Positions 18,829 through 28,946 of a stretch of 64,000 nt of DNA are shown here, in pieces. The DNA lies in NCBI GenBank assembly GCA_965198065.1, contig CBDAON010000004.1, positions 704,001 to 768,000 on the forward strand, given 5' to 3'. The stretch comes from Longimicrobiales bacterium (GTDB lineage Bacteria > Gemmatimonadota > Gemmatimonadetes > Longimicrobiales > Gaopeijiaceae). Within the stretch, counting starts at the first letter, position 1; each line of letters starts with the position of its first letter. Under the pieces are notes generated by a model. The model saw only the letters and a list, made by a program, of their open reading frames with translations. It made no database searches and was not told the DNA's origin. The position numbers and the translations under genes are program-made.

Positions 18829-21590
18829 GCCCGCTCCAGCGTGCCGAGCTTCTCCACCAGCTTGTCCCGCTGATCCCGGAACGACGACGCCTTCCCCCGC
18901 TCTTTCGCCACTACCTCGTCGGGAGCCTTGGACACGAAGGCCTCGTTCTGCAGCTTCCGCACTGTGCCCTGGAGCTGGTGCTCGAGCTTCTCGATCTTCC
19001 CCCGCAGACGGGCCCGCTCCCGCTCCAGGTCGACGAGTCCCTCGAGCGGCAGGAAGAGCTCGGTGCCGTCCTGGAGCACGGCCGTCGCGCCCACGCCGTG
19101 CTCGGAGGGGTCGCCGTACACGACCTCGGTGACCTTCGCGAGCTGCTCGAGGCTCCTCTGCTGCCCTTCCACCGCCTGCCTCCGGGCAGGCGGGATCCCG
19201 CTCAACACCACGGTCACGGCGGCCCCCTCGCCCACCCCGTACTCCTTTCGGAGCCGTCGGACGGCTGTCACGATTTCCTGGAAGCCGACCAAGGTGGCCT
19301 CGGCCTCGCCGTCCTCCCACTCGGAGCGAGGCTCGGGCCAGGGGGCCACGAGCAGGCTCTCCGGACGCGTCTGCCCCTCCGGCCAGGGAATGCGATCCCA
19401 GAGGTGTTCGGTGACGAATGGGATCACGGGGTGGAGGAGGCGGAGCACCCCGTCGAAGACGTGAACGAGGACGGAGCGCGCCGCCTGGCGACTCGCTTCG
19501 CCCTCCTCGCCCCGGAGACGACCCTTCACGAACTCCAGATACCAGTCCGCAAGGTCGCCCCAGAAGAAGTGGTGACTCCGCTCGATGGCCTCGTGCAAGC
19601 GGAAGCGCTCGAGGCCGGCCGTCACCGCGCGGGTCGTGTGGGACAGGCGGGAGAGCATCCAGCGGTCCGTGACCTCGAGGTCCCCCCAAGCCTGGTCCAG
19701 GGCGAGGACCGGGCCGTCGCCGACCGACATCAGCGTGAAGCGGCCCGCGTTCCACAGCTTGTTCGAGAAGTTCCGCCCGGGGGCAAACGTCGTCTCCAGG
19801 TCCTCGTGATCGAGGTGGATGTCCGTCCCCACTCCGCACATGGCCAGCACCGTGTAACGGAGGGCGTCGGCCCCGAAGCGGTCCACGACGTCGAGCGGAT
19901 CAATCCCGTTCCCGAGCGACTTGGACATCTTGCGTCCCCTGACATCGCGCACCGTGCCGTGGAGGAAGACGTCCCGGAACGGCGCTTCCCCCAGGAAGTG
20001 GTAGCCGGCCATGATCATCCGTGCCACCCAGAAGAAGAGGATCTCCGGCGCCGTCACCATCGCGTGTCCGGGATAGAACGCTCGGAGGTCGTCCGTCTCC
20101 TCCGGCCACCCGAGTGTCGAGAACGGCCAGAGCCACGAGCTGAACCAGGTATCGAGCACGTCCGGGTCCTGCTCGATCTCCTTCGATCCGCAGGCGGTGC
20201 ACTCCGTCGGATCCTCCCGGAGCGCCATCACCCCGCCGCATCCCTCCGCACGGCAGTACCACACAGGGATCCGGTGGCCCCACCAGAGCTGTCTGGATAT
20301 ACACCAGTCCCGGATATTCTCTAGCCAGTCCTCGTACACCTTCGTCCTGTGCGCCGGATAGAACGTGATCGTCCCGTCCCTCGACGCCTGGAGGGCCGGC
20401 TCCGCGAGCGGCTTCATCCTCACGAACCACTGCATGGAGAGGCGCGGCTCCACGACGGTCCCACACCGGTAGCACTCGGGAATCGAGTGCCGGTGAGGCT
20501 CGCCGTCACCGTAGAGCCCAGCGTCGTCGAGCGCGCGCACGACCGCCTTCCTGGCCTCGAAGCGGTCCAGCCCCCGGAAAGCCTCGGGAACCGCTTCGTT
20601 CATGTGCGCGTCCGGAGTCATCACGTCGAGGGGCTCGAGCCCGGTGCGTCGGGCCACCTCGAAGTCGTTCGGGTCGTGGGCCGGGGTGACCTTCACGATC
20701 CCGGTCCCGAACTCGGGGTCCACCCACTCGTCCGCCACCACAGGGATCTCCCGCCCCGTGAGGGGGAGCACGACGCGCCCGCCGATCAGAGCGGCATAGC
20801 GCGTGTCCTTCGGATGCACGGCCACCCCCGTGTCCCCAAGCATCGTCTCGGGTCGGGTCGTGGAAACCGTGAGGTACCAGCTCCCGTCGTCGCGGCGGCC
20901 GAACGCCTTCGCGCCCGCGGCGCTCGCGGTCCGGGCCGCGTCTGAGAGCTCGGCGGAAAGCGGGTAACGGAGGTGGTGGAGCGTCCCCTCCGACTCCGTT
21001 CCCTCCGCCTCCTCGTTCGAGAGGGCGGTCAGGCACCGTGGACACCAGTTGATGATGTATTCACCCCGGTAGATCAGCCCCTCGTCGTACAGGCTCACGA
21101 AGACCTCGCGCACCGCTCGCGAGAGCCCTTCGTCCAGCGTGAAGCGGGTCCGATCCCAGTCGCAGCTCGCCCCGATTGCTCCCAGCTGCTCAAGGATCCT
21201 TCCCCCGGTCTCGTTTACGAACGCCCACACCCGCTCCACGAACGCCTTCCGGCCCAGGTCGAAGCGGGTCTTCCCCTCCTCGGCCAGCATGCGCTCGACG
21301 ACGTTCTGCGTGGCGATCCCGGCGTGGTCGGTGCCCGGCACCCACAGGGCACCCCTGCCCTGCATCCGCCGCCACCGGATGAGGACGTCCTGCACCGCGT
21401 TGTTAAGCCCGTGCCCCATGTGGAGCACCGCGGTCACGTTCGGGGGAGGAATGACGATGACATAGGGATCGAGCCCGTCCTCGAGCACGGCGGAGGCGGG
21501 AAGGTGAAACGTCCCGCGCTCCCGGGCTCGACGATACAACGACGCCTCGATCGCGCGTGGGTCGAGGCGGGTCGGAAGGGCTTCAGACAC
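18825..21590 (-). CDS. valS: Valine--tRNA ligase
   Basis: HMGH, DWCISRQLWWGHRIP, KMSKS, C-terminal coiled coil. Confidence 0.98.
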   Translation of the reverse strand: MSEALPTRLDPRAIEASLYRRARERGTFHLPASAVLEDGLDPYVIVIPPPNVTAVLHMGHGLNNAVQDVLIRWRRMQGRGALWVPGTDHAGIATQNVVERMLAEEGKTRFDLGRKAFVERVWAFVNETGGRILEQLGAIGASCDWDRTRFTLDEGLSRAVREVFVSLYDEGLIYRGEYIINWCPRCLTALSNEEAEGTESEGTLHHLRYPLSAELSDAARTASAAGAKAFGRRDDGSWYLTVSTTRPETMLGDTGVAVHPKDTRYAALIGGRVVLPLTGREIPVVADEWVDPEFGTGIVKVTPAHDPNDFEVARRTGLEPLDVMTPDAHMNEAVPEAFRGLDRFEARKAVVRALDDAGLYGDGEPHRHSIPECYRCGTVVEPRLSMQWFVRMKPLAEPALQASRDGTITFYPAHRTKVYEDWLENIRDWCISRQLWWGHRIPVWYCRAEGCGGVMALREDPTECTACGSKEIEQDPDVLDTWFSSWLWPFSTLGWPEETDDLRAFYPGHAMVTAPEILFFWVARMIMAGYHFLGEAPFRDVFLHGTVRDVRGRKMSKSLGNGIDPLDVVDRFGADALRYTVLAMCGVGTDIHLDHEDLETTFAPGRNFSNKLWNAGRFTLMSVGDGPVLALDQAWGDLEVTDRWMLSRLSHTTRAVTAGLERFRLHEAIERSHHFFWGDLADWYLEFVKGRLRGEEGEASRQAARSVLVHVFDGVLRLLHPVIPFVTEHLWDRIPWPEGQTRPESLLVAPWPEPRSEWEDGEAEATLVGFQEIVTAVRRLRKEYGVGEGAAVTVVLSGIPPARRQAVEGQQRSLEQLAKVTEVVYGDPSEHGVGATAVLQDGTELFLPLEGLVDLERERARLRGKIEKLEHQLQGTVRKLQNEAFVSKAPDEVVAKERGKASSFRDQRDKLVEKLGTLERA

Positions 21591-21647
21591 GACGCAAACG
21601 GAACCGGGGTCGCCGGGGAGGGCGCGGCGCACGGGAGGGACCTCGCC

Positions 21648-22982
21648 TCAGGCTCTAGGAGATCGGGACTGGCCCACCACGGATCGTCGAACGCCCTTGG
21701 GGGCCGGAGTCAGGGGGGATGTGACGGCTCCCGCGCGTGGCCACAGGGCGTTGAAGACCTCCACGGGGAGCGACAGGAAGACCTCCGCTTCCCGGGGAGA
21801 GAACTGAGTGCCGGTGCCGTCCCGGAGCTCCGCAAGCGCCTGCGGCCGGGCGAGCGCCGGGCGGTAGGCGCGGGCCGACGTCATGGCGTCGAATGCGTCG
21901 CACACGCCCAGCACCCGGGCCACGAACGGGATCCTCTCCCCGGAGAGCTCTTCCGGGTATCCGCTTCCGTCCCAGCGCTCGTGGTGATGGCGGCAGCCGG
22001 GAGCGAGTCCGCGCAGGGCCGGGATCTCCTCGAGCAGGAGCGCGCCGTACCTCGCGTGCTGCCGCACCTGCTCGCGCTCCTCCAGGGCAAGCCCACCCGG
22101 CTTACGGAGGATCCTGGACGGGACCGACAGCTTCCCCAAATCGTGCAGGTACCCGGCGGCCTGGATGTGCACCTCCATCTCCGGACCAAAGCCCAGCTCG
22201 CGAGTCACCGACGCCGCCAGATGCGCGACCCGCCGTGAATGGCCTCCCGTGTACGGGTCCTTCGCATCGATCAGACCGGAGAACAGCTCGAGCAGGATCC
22301 CCGCCGAGGGCGACGGCACCTGCTGGGGCACAACCGTGTCGATAGCCTGGGAGCGGAAGTCCCGGTAGAGGCCGCTCTGGAACTTGGGAATCCCTCCCAG
22401 TCGCTCGATGTCCAGCCACAACTCGGCGACGGCCGGATCGAACTCGGCGCCCGCCCCCCGGGCGACGATCTCGCGGATCTCGTCCGGCGTCCTCCCACCG
22501 CGGTGGGGTCGGCTCTCGCCCAGCGCCGTGACCGTGTCCGCCAACCGGAGGATGCGGGCTCCCAGGGGGATAGCGTCACCGGACAGGTGGTCCGGGTAGC
22601 CGCCCCCGTCCCACCACTCATGGTGATGCCGGATAAGGGCTTCCGATCGATCCAGGAACGGGATCGTCCGCACCCAGGCGGCGCTTCGAAGCGGGTGGGA
22701 CTCCACCTCGGCACGGGCGAGGGCCGGGAGCACCGGGACCGGGTCTTCCCACGCCTCCTCCACGAGGCCGATCATCCCCAGGTCCGCCAGGACCGCGGCA
22801 AAGAAGAGGTCCGCGAGGTCTTCTTCCGTGAGACCGAAGCGTTTCCCGAGCGAGATGGTGAGGACTGCGGTGCGCGGACCGTGCTCGAAGAGGTATCCCT
22901 TCGCCGTGCCCATGCCCTGGGCCAGCGCCTCGAGCAGGCCCTTGTAGAAGGCCCCTCCTTCCATGGAGCCGGAAGAATCCAC
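21648..22982 (-). CDS. Tandem HD-GYP domain protein
   Basis: Two HHExWDGxGYP motifs; second domain has LHDLGK, first has LADLG. Confidence 0.88.
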   Translation of the reverse strand: MDSSGSMEGGAFYKGLLEALAQGMGTAKGYLFEHGPRTAVLTISLGKRFGLTEEDLADLFFAAVLADLGMIGLVEEAWEDPVPVLPALARAEVESHPLRSAAWVRTIPFLDRSEALIRHHHEWWDGGGYPDHLSGDAIPLGARILRLADTVTALGESRPHRGGRTPDEIREIVARGAGAEFDPAVAELWLDIERLGGIPKFQSGLYRDFRSQAIDTVVPQQVPSPSAGILLELFSGLIDAKDPYTGGHSRRVAHLAASVTRELGFGPEMEVHIQAAGYLHDLGKLSVPSRILRKPGGLALEEREQVRQHARYGALLLEEIPALRGLAPGCRHHHERWDGSGYPEELSGERIPFVARVLGVCDAFDAMTSARAYRPALARPQALAELRDGTGTQFSPREAEVFLSLPVEVFNALWPRAGAVTSPLTPAPKGVRRSVVGQSRSPRA

Positions 22983-23158
22983 GCTCCCCCCAAGAGTCCG
23001 AGGCCCGAGGGCAAAAAAATGCCCGCTACTGACCGGGAACGGAGGAAACATCTGAGGGCCAGAAGAAAAGCGCAAGCGGATGAGAGGACGCGATCGGGGG
23101 CCGCGACAGGGCGTGACCGGGCACGACGACAGGGCACTACAGGACGCTGACGAGCGGC

Positions 23159-24016
23159 CTATCGCCCGTTTCCCCGGTCGCTCGTAACGTCACGGGCCGC
23201 GGCGCGATCCGCCTCCAGGCGCTCGCGGATCGCACGAGCACGATCGGCCCACGTCTCCCGGATCTGGGCCACGACGGCACCCTGCGCGAGGTCCTGCGCG
23301 AGCCACTGCCGCCCCGCCCACTCCCGGCGCTGATCGGGTGGGACCTCGAACGAGAAGGGCAGCGGGATCGAGAAGTCACCGAGGTAGAGCCGCCCGGAGG
23401 CGAGCCCCCAGCGCCGCCCGTCCGAGTCCGTGTACGTCCAGTCTCGAGCTCGATTCGCGAGCGCCTCGGCCACAGCTACCGAATCGTTCCACGTGCGAAT
23501 CATCCCCCGCAGAAGAAGGTCGGCCCGCTCGAAGTCCGTGAGCTCCGAGAAGTGCCGATCCACCCCCGCCCAGAGGCGAGGGTCCCCCATTCGGGGCTGG
23601 AGGCGCTCCGCCACGGTGAGGTCTCGCACGACCACGACCCGTTCCTCCTCCTCCTCGGTCTCCTGCGTGGCGTCCACGACAACGGAGGCGGGAGTCAGAG
23701 GCGGCTCGTCGGGTGCCGGCTCGGGCGGCTCCTGCGGCGCGGGGGGGGGAGGCTCCGCCGCCTGGGGCTCCTCGATCACCGGAGGATCCGGCAGGGTCAC
23801 GAGCTCGACCCCGAGCGGCTGTCGCCTGGGGGGAGTCGGCTCCCGCGGCGTGTCGGGAAGAGGGAGCGTGCCCACGGCGGACGCGTAGAGCCCGATTGCG
23901 AGCACGTGCAAGGCTAGCGAGATGGTGAAGCCGACACCCAGCGCGCGCCGCTCTTCGACCCGTCGAGGAGCACCTTCCGAGGGTGAGGAAGGCTGTCTCT
24001 TGCCAGAAGGGCTCAT
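23159..24016 (-). CDS. Hypothetical membrane-anchored Pro-rich protein
   Basis: N-terminal TM (ISLALHVLA), Pro-rich linker, C-terminal DWTYTDSDGRRWG domain. Confidence 0.7.
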   Translation of the reverse strand: MSPSGKRQPSSPSEGAPRRVEERRALGVGFTISLALHVLAIGLYASAVGTLPLPDTPREPTPPRRQPLGVELVTLPDPPVIEEPQAAEPPPPAPQEPPEPAPDEPPLTPASVVVDATQETEEEEERVVVVRDLTVAERLQPRMGDPRLWAGVDRHFSELTDFERADLLLRGMIRTWNDSVAVAEALANRARDWTYTDSDGRRWGLASGRLYLGDFSIPLPFSFEVPPDQRREWAGRQWLAQDLAQGAVVAQIRETWADRARAIRERLEADRAAARDVTSDRGNGR

Positions 24017-24062
24017 GGCCCTTGGTAACCCCTGTGGGAGGGGCAGTTCCTGCGGAGCGCGC

Positions 24063-24737
24063 TCACCCGCCCGACGGGCCGACCGCGTACGACCAGGGCT
24101 CGCCCGAGCCGGACCGAACGGGATTCTTCACATCTCCGACGCCCGGAATGCTCACCTCGACCTCGTCCCACGGAACGATGGGACCGATTCCGGATGGCGT
24201 GCCTGTGGCAATGAGGTCCCCCGGCTCGAGCGTCATGACGCGGGAGATGAACGAGAGGAGGGCGGGGATCTGGAAGACGGCGTCGGCGAACGCTCCATCC
24301 TGCTTCAGCTCCCCGTTCACCCACGTCTGAACCCGGAGCGTGGAGAGGTCTACTCCCTCCAGCGGGACCGGTTGGCCCACGGGGCAGAACGTGTCGAATC
24401 CCTTGGCCCGGGTCCACTGTCCGTCCACTCGCTGGAGGTCACGCGCAGTCACGTCGTTCAGCGCTAGAATCGCGGACACGTGCTCCAGCGCGTCCTTCTC
24501 GCGGACCCTGCGCGCCTGCTTCCCGACCTGGAAGGCAATCTCGCCCTCGAAATCGATGCGTCCCGCGCCGGGGGGGACCAAGATCTCCTCGCCCGACTCG
24601 ATCAGGCTCGAGAGCGGCTTCAGAAAGATGAGCGGCTCCGCGGGAACGTCTCCGCCGAGCTCCCTCACGTGGTCCCGGTAGTTCTTTCCGACGCAGACGA
24701 TCTTCGTCGGATACGGATCCAGGCCGGGAGCCAACAC
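24063..24737 (-). CDS. Fumarylacetoacetate hydrolase family protein
   Basis: KIVCVGKNY, FEGE, NDVTARD, AKGFDTFCP, TGTPSG. Confidence 0.92.
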   Translation of the reverse strand: MLAPGLDPYPTKIVCVGKNYRDHVRELGGDVPAEPLIFLKPLSSLIESGEEILVPPGAGRIDFEGEIAFQVGKQARRVREKDALEHVSAILALNDVTARDLQRVDGQWTRAKGFDTFCPVGQPVPLEGVDLSTLRVQTWVNGELKQDGAFADAVFQIPALLSFISRVMTLEPGDLIATGTPSGIGPIVPWDEVEVSIPGVGDVKNPVRSGSGEPWSYAVGPSGG

Positions 24738-24742
24738 CCCCC

Positions 24743-24982
24743 TTACTTCGCCGGCCCCTGGCGCCGATGGCGCGCCGTACCCACGAAGGCCACGGCCGAA
24801 GCAATCGCGAGCAACGCGGCGATGACGGCCCACCAGAACCCGAGGTCCGAATACCCAGCCGACCATCCCGCGGCCGAGTTCCGGAAGGCAAGGAGGGTGA
24901 AGAGGAGCCAGATCGCTCCCACGGCAAAACCGAAGATCCTGGACATAGGCTGGTTCGTGCCTGGGGGTTGGACGGTCGGCAC
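24743..24982 (-). CDS. Small two-TM membrane protein
   Basis: Two hydrophobic segments; fits the operon spacing. Confidence 0.6.
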   Translation of the reverse strand: MPTVQPPGTNQPMSRIFGFAVGAIWLLFTLLAFRNSAAGWSAGYSDLGFWWAVIAALLAIASAVAFVGTARHRRQGPAK

Positions 24983-25031
24983 CCCGGAAGACGAGGTAAT
25001 CTACCGCGGGCAACCCTCGGGGCAACTGCGG

Positions 25032-27671
25032 TTATCCCCCCCGGCGCTCGTAGAACTCCTCGAGGCGGGCCCTGACCTCTCCCCACGGGCCTTTCACGAG
25101 GGGAGCATCGGGAAGTGCGGCTCGAAGTGCGTGGCCATACGTCCGGGTTAGGATCCGGGAGTCGAGGAGGACGATGCCCCCCCGATCGTCCCGCGAGCGA
25201 ATGAGCCGGCCGAACCCCTGTTTCAGGCGAAGCGCGGCGAGGGGGACCAGGTAGGTGTGGAACGCGCTCCGCCCCTTCGCCTCGATCGCCTCCATCCGCG
25301 CCTGGGTTACCGGCTCCGTGGGCACCCGGAAGGGGAGCTTCTGGAGCACGAGTCCGCGGAGCGGACGCCCGGGAACGTCCACGCCCTCCCAAAAGGACGC
25401 TGTGCCGAGAAGGACTCCGTCGCCGGAACGCCTGAAGTCCTCGATGAGCTTGGTGCGGGGTCGCTCGCCGTGCACCAGGAGCGGCCATCGCCGATCCACG
25501 GCGGCGGCGCGGAGTAGCGCGGCGACCGAGCGGAGCGCGCCGTGGGAGGTGAAGAGCGCGAAGATCCCGCCCCCGGTGATCTCGGCGAGGTCACGGACGA
25601 CCCGAGCTGTAGCCTCCTGGAAGGGCCCGCCCGCACCTGGGCCGGGCTGGTCGGTGGGGACGCAGAACAGGGTCTGGGTCCGATACTCGAACGAGGAGGT
25701 GAGGAGGGTCTCGGTCACGGGAACGACCCCCGCCGCCTCACCCTCAGGATCGGCCACGTCCACGTCGGTGAGCACCGAGACCCGACCATCGCCGGGCCAC
25801 CCGCCGACGTCGTTACCCTCGCCGCCGGGCTCGCCCCTTCGTTCCTTCCCCCCGGGGCCCCCGAGCCCGAGCCGCTCCCTCATGAAGCGGAAGCCGCCCT
25901 CCGCGGTGGCGAGCGTGGCCGACGTGATCACGGCGGACTCGACCCGCTCGAAGAGCCCGCTCCGGAGAACGCTCCCCGGCTCGATCGGCGCGGCCGCCAG
26001 GACGACGTCTCCGAGCACACCCCCCGGCCGCCACCGCCCCTCGATCCACCGAACGAACGCCCCCGCCGCGCCCTCCGGACCGAGCACGATAGAGAGGCCC
26101 TGGCGCGCCTCGGCGAGCCGGCGTTCGACCGCGCGCAGATCGAGGCGGCGGCCGGCCATGCGGTCCGAGAGGGCTGGGTTCTCCTCGAGCGCCACCCGGA
26201 GCTTCTCGAGCTCGGAGACGAGGCGGCCGAGCTCGGCGGTCACCCGGTCGAGCAGCTCGGCCACGCCCACATCGGCCGAAGGGTCTCGAGGGTCGCCGCG
26301 GCCCAGCCGGAGCGGCTCCTCCGTCCCCGAGGGAACGGACGGATCGATAGCATCGAACAGGGCGCCGAGGGCCTCCCGGGCCGCGAGCACTGCGGGGCGA
26401 ATCGTGCGGCTCAGACCGTCCCGGAGCGAGGCCGCCCCCCAGTCGGCGGCCGCTCCGGCGAGCACCGCCTCGACGGCGTTCAGGAGCCCCTTCCCGTTGC
26501 GGTCCAGGCGGTCGAGCGATCGGTAGAGCCCGGTGCGCGTGATCTCTACACCTAGGTGCCGGGTGGCCGCATCCTCCGCGTTGTGCGCCTCGTCCAGGAC
26601 CACGTGCCGGTAGGGCGGGAGCACGGCGGCCTCGGTCCAGTTCTCGGTGGCCATCCGGACGGAGAGGTCCACGAAGAGGAGCGCATGGTTCGTGACGAGG
26701 AGCCCGGCCGCGGCCACCTCCCTTCGGGCCTTCTGGTAGTAGCACGCCTGAAAGTGCGGGCAGCGGGCTCCCATGCAGATGTCGCCGTCCGAGCGCACCT
26801 CCTCCCAGACCTCGTCCGAGGGGGCGCTCGCGAGATCCGAGAGCGAGCCGTCCTCGGTGGTCTGGATCCATTCGACCAGCGCCGAGAGCTCCGAGCCCCG
26901 ATCGTCCTCGAAGAGCGCCGGGGCGGTCTCGGCCGCCAGCAGGAGCCGCCGGATCGAGACGTAGTTCCCCCGACCCTTGGCGAGCGCCCACCGGAGGTCC
27001 TCTCCGGCGAGTTCCCGCACAATGGGGAGGTCCTTCCGCACGAGCTGCTCCTGGAGGTTGATCGTGTTCGTGGAGATCACGGTGCGCCCGCCGCCAGCGA
27101 GCGCCCATCGCGCGGCCGGGACCAGGTACGCGAGCGACTTGCCCGTTCCCGTCCCCGCCTCGACCATCGCGACGCCTCCGTCGTTGTAGCGGGCGACGAC
27201 CTCGCGAAGCATCGCGCGCTGCGACGGCCGGTCTTCGAAGCCGGCATGAATGCGGGCGAGAGCCCCACCGGGAGCGAGGAGCGTCTCCTCCTCGTCCGGA
27301 TCGAGCCGTGGTCGAGCCCTCGGCGCGGGAGGCTCCACGACCACGTAAAGCGAGCGCGCCTCGCTGTCTACGATTCCGGTGCCGAGCCCCTCCTCGTAGA
27401 CGCGGGCGGCGAGCGCCAGATCGGCATCGGAGGGCTCGAGACGTCCGGACGGGTGGTTGTGGAGGAGGATCTCACCGGGCGCGGCGTCCCGCGCAGCGGC
27501 GAGGACGGCCTCGCGGTTTCCCCGAGCGACGGCGCGGGGCTCCACGATGCGGCAGTCGGCCACGACGCGCGCCAAAAAGCAGACCTCTCGTCCCCCGGCA
27601 CGTTCGATCTCCCGGCGGATTACCTCGGCCGCGGCGGCGTCCAGCGTGAGCGGAAGAGGAGCGTCCGTCAG
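25032..27671 (-). CDS. DinG/YoaA-family helicase with N-terminal JAB/RadC-like domain (start uncertain)
   Basis: HNHPSGxxxPSDAD; EAGTGTGKS, DEAH, TSATL, FWEGVDVPG, LKQGFGRLIR. Confidence 0.9.
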   Translation of the reverse strand: MTDAPLPLTLDAAAAEVIRREIERAGGREVCFLARVVADCRIVEPRAVARGNREAVLAAARDAAPGEILLHNHPSGRLEPSDADLALAARVYEEGLGTGIVDSEARSLYVVVEPPAPRARPRLDPDEEETLLAPGGALARIHAGFEDRPSQRAMLREVVARYNDGGVAMVEAGTGTGKSLAYLVPAARWALAGGGRTVISTNTINLQEQLVRKDLPIVRELAGEDLRWALAKGRGNYVSIRRLLLAAETAPALFEDDRGSELSALVEWIQTTEDGSLSDLASAPSDEVWEEVRSDGDICMGARCPHFQACYYQKARREVAAAGLLVTNHALLFVDLSVRMATENWTEAAVLPPYRHVVLDEAHNAEDAATRHLGVEITRTGLYRSLDRLDRNGKGLLNAVEAVLAGAAADWGAASLRDGLSRTIRPAVLAAREALGALFDAIDPSVPSGTEEPLRLGRGDPRDPSADVGVAELLDRVTAELGRLVSELEKLRVALEENPALSDRMAGRRLDLRAVERRLAEARQGLSIVLGPEGAAGAFVRWIEGRWRPGGVLGDVVLAAAPIEPGSVLRSGLFERVESAVITSATLATAEGGFRFMRERLGLGGPGGKERRGEPGGEGNDVGGWPGDGRVSVLTDVDVADPEGEAAGVVPVTETLLTSSFEYRTQTLFCVPTDQPGPGAGGPFQEATARVVRDLAEITGGGIFALFTSHGALRSVAALLRAAAVDRRWPLLVHGERPRTKLIEDFRRSGDGVLLGTASFWEGVDVPGRPLRGLVLQKLPFRVPTEPVTQARMEAIEAKGRSAFHTYLVPLAALRLKQGFGRLIRSRDDRGGIVLLDSRILTRTYGHALRAALPDAPLVKGPWGEVRARLEEFYERRGG

Positions 27672-28933
27672 GTCTCGAGGGGCCTGGGCTTGGCGGCTGG
27701 GAAGAGGACGTTGTTCAGGATCAGGCGGTACCCCGGAGACCCCGTGTGGAGGTCCAGGTTGGTGGGGGGATCTCCGATCTGGTGCTCGGCGTCCTCCGGG
27801 TCGTGCCCCCCGTAAAACGTCCACGTTCCCTCCCCGAGGGCCCCGTGGATGTACTTGGCGAAGTCTCCGCCGCTTCCGAGCACCGTCACGCCCGAGCGCA
27901 TGCGCTGGCTCCGGAACGAGGTCGTCAGGCCGTAGAAGTCGGGGATCACGGCCTCATGGTTCTGGACCAACATGGAGGGCACGGGGTCGATCTTCGCGGC
28001 GAACTCGAAGAGCGTGAAGTACCCCAGCGGCTGTCGCCCGTTCGTGTTCACCTGGTGAAAGTCGATGTCCGAGAACGCGTTCACGGTCGGGGACAGCTCG
28101 ACCCTGGCATCCGAGAACGCGAAGGCCCGCGTCCAGTCCATGAGCTCGTTCGCGTTCTCCTCAGGGGGGCGTCCGTTCGCGTAGGTCGCGCTGATGTCCG
28201 TGCTCCAGCTGGCGAGCGCGAGGTCGAGCGTCTCCGTGGCCGAGCACATGGCGAACAGGAATCCGCCCTCCTCCACGTAGGCTCGGATCTCCTCCGCGAC
28301 GGCTCGCTTCAGCGTCGGAACGTCTGCGACGCTGAACCGGTCCGCCAACTCCTGGTTACGGGTCACCTCTTCCTGGAGCCAATCTGTCCCGGTGTACGTG
28401 AGGTAGAACTTCGAGTACTGCCCCGTGAAGTCCTCGTGGTGCAGGTGCAGCCAGTCAAAGTCAGCGAGCTGTCCCTGGAGCACCTCCGCATCCCAGAGCA
28501 TCTCGTACGGGATCTCGGCGTAACTGAGCGCGAGGGTCACCGCGTCGTCCCACGGCTGCGCCGTGGGAGGCGTGTAGATGGCGATTCTCGGCGCCGTCTC
28601 CAGCGGAATGATCTCCATGTTTTCCCGCTGGATTACTGCCCGGATGTCCGCCTCGGCTCCACCGTCCAGAGCCTGGACCAGCACGCCACGGAGCGCCGCC
28701 TCACGGCGCACGTCCTCCAAGTCCGGAATGAGAAAGGAGCCGCCCCGATAGTTCAGGAGCCACTCCGCGGCCTCTCCCCGTTCGAGGAGCCAGTACGTAA
28801 GCCCGTAAGCCCGTAAGTGGTTGGTCTGCTCGAGGTCCATGGGGACCAGGAGGCGCTGGGCCGACACCCCCCCAGCCTGCCCGATTCCCGCGGCCAGGAT
28901 TGCGGCGACGAAGAGCGCGCGGCGGTCTATCAC
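27668..28933 (-). CDS. Conserved secreted protein, probable glutamine-amidotransferase-like fold
   Basis: Signal peptide; WLLNYRGGSF, DWLHLHHEDFTGQY, GGFLFAMCSAT, YGGHDPED. Confidence 0.7.
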   Translation of the reverse strand: MIDRRALFVAAILAAGIGQAGGVSAQRLLVPMDLEQTNHLRAYGLTYWLLERGEAAEWLLNYRGGSFLIPDLEDVRREAALRGVLVQALDGGAEADIRAVIQRENMEIIPLETAPRIAIYTPPTAQPWDDAVTLALSYAEIPYEMLWDAEVLQGQLADFDWLHLHHEDFTGQYSKFYLTYTGTDWLQEEVTRNQELADRFSVADVPTLKRAVAEEIRAYVEEGGFLFAMCSATETLDLALASWSTDISATYANGRPPEENANELMDWTRAFAFSDARVELSPTVNAFSDIDFHQVNTNGRQPLGYFTLFEFAAKIDPVPSMLVQNHEAVIPDFYGLTTSFRSQRMRSGVTVLGSGGDFAKYIHGALGEGTWTFYGGHDPEDAEHQIGDPPTNLDLHTGSPGYRLILNNVLFPAAKPRPLET

Positions 28934-28946
28934 GATACCCCCGAGT

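Noticed and set aside
22985..23158. c-di-GMP riboswitch upstream of the HD-GYP gene
   Set aside because: Only a weak CCCG/CGGG stem with a T7 run; no recognisable aptamer motifs.
27668..28933. Asparagine synthetase B label sometimes attached to this family
   Set aside because: Has a signal peptide and lacks the N-terminal Cys Ntn domain and the SGGLDS motif.
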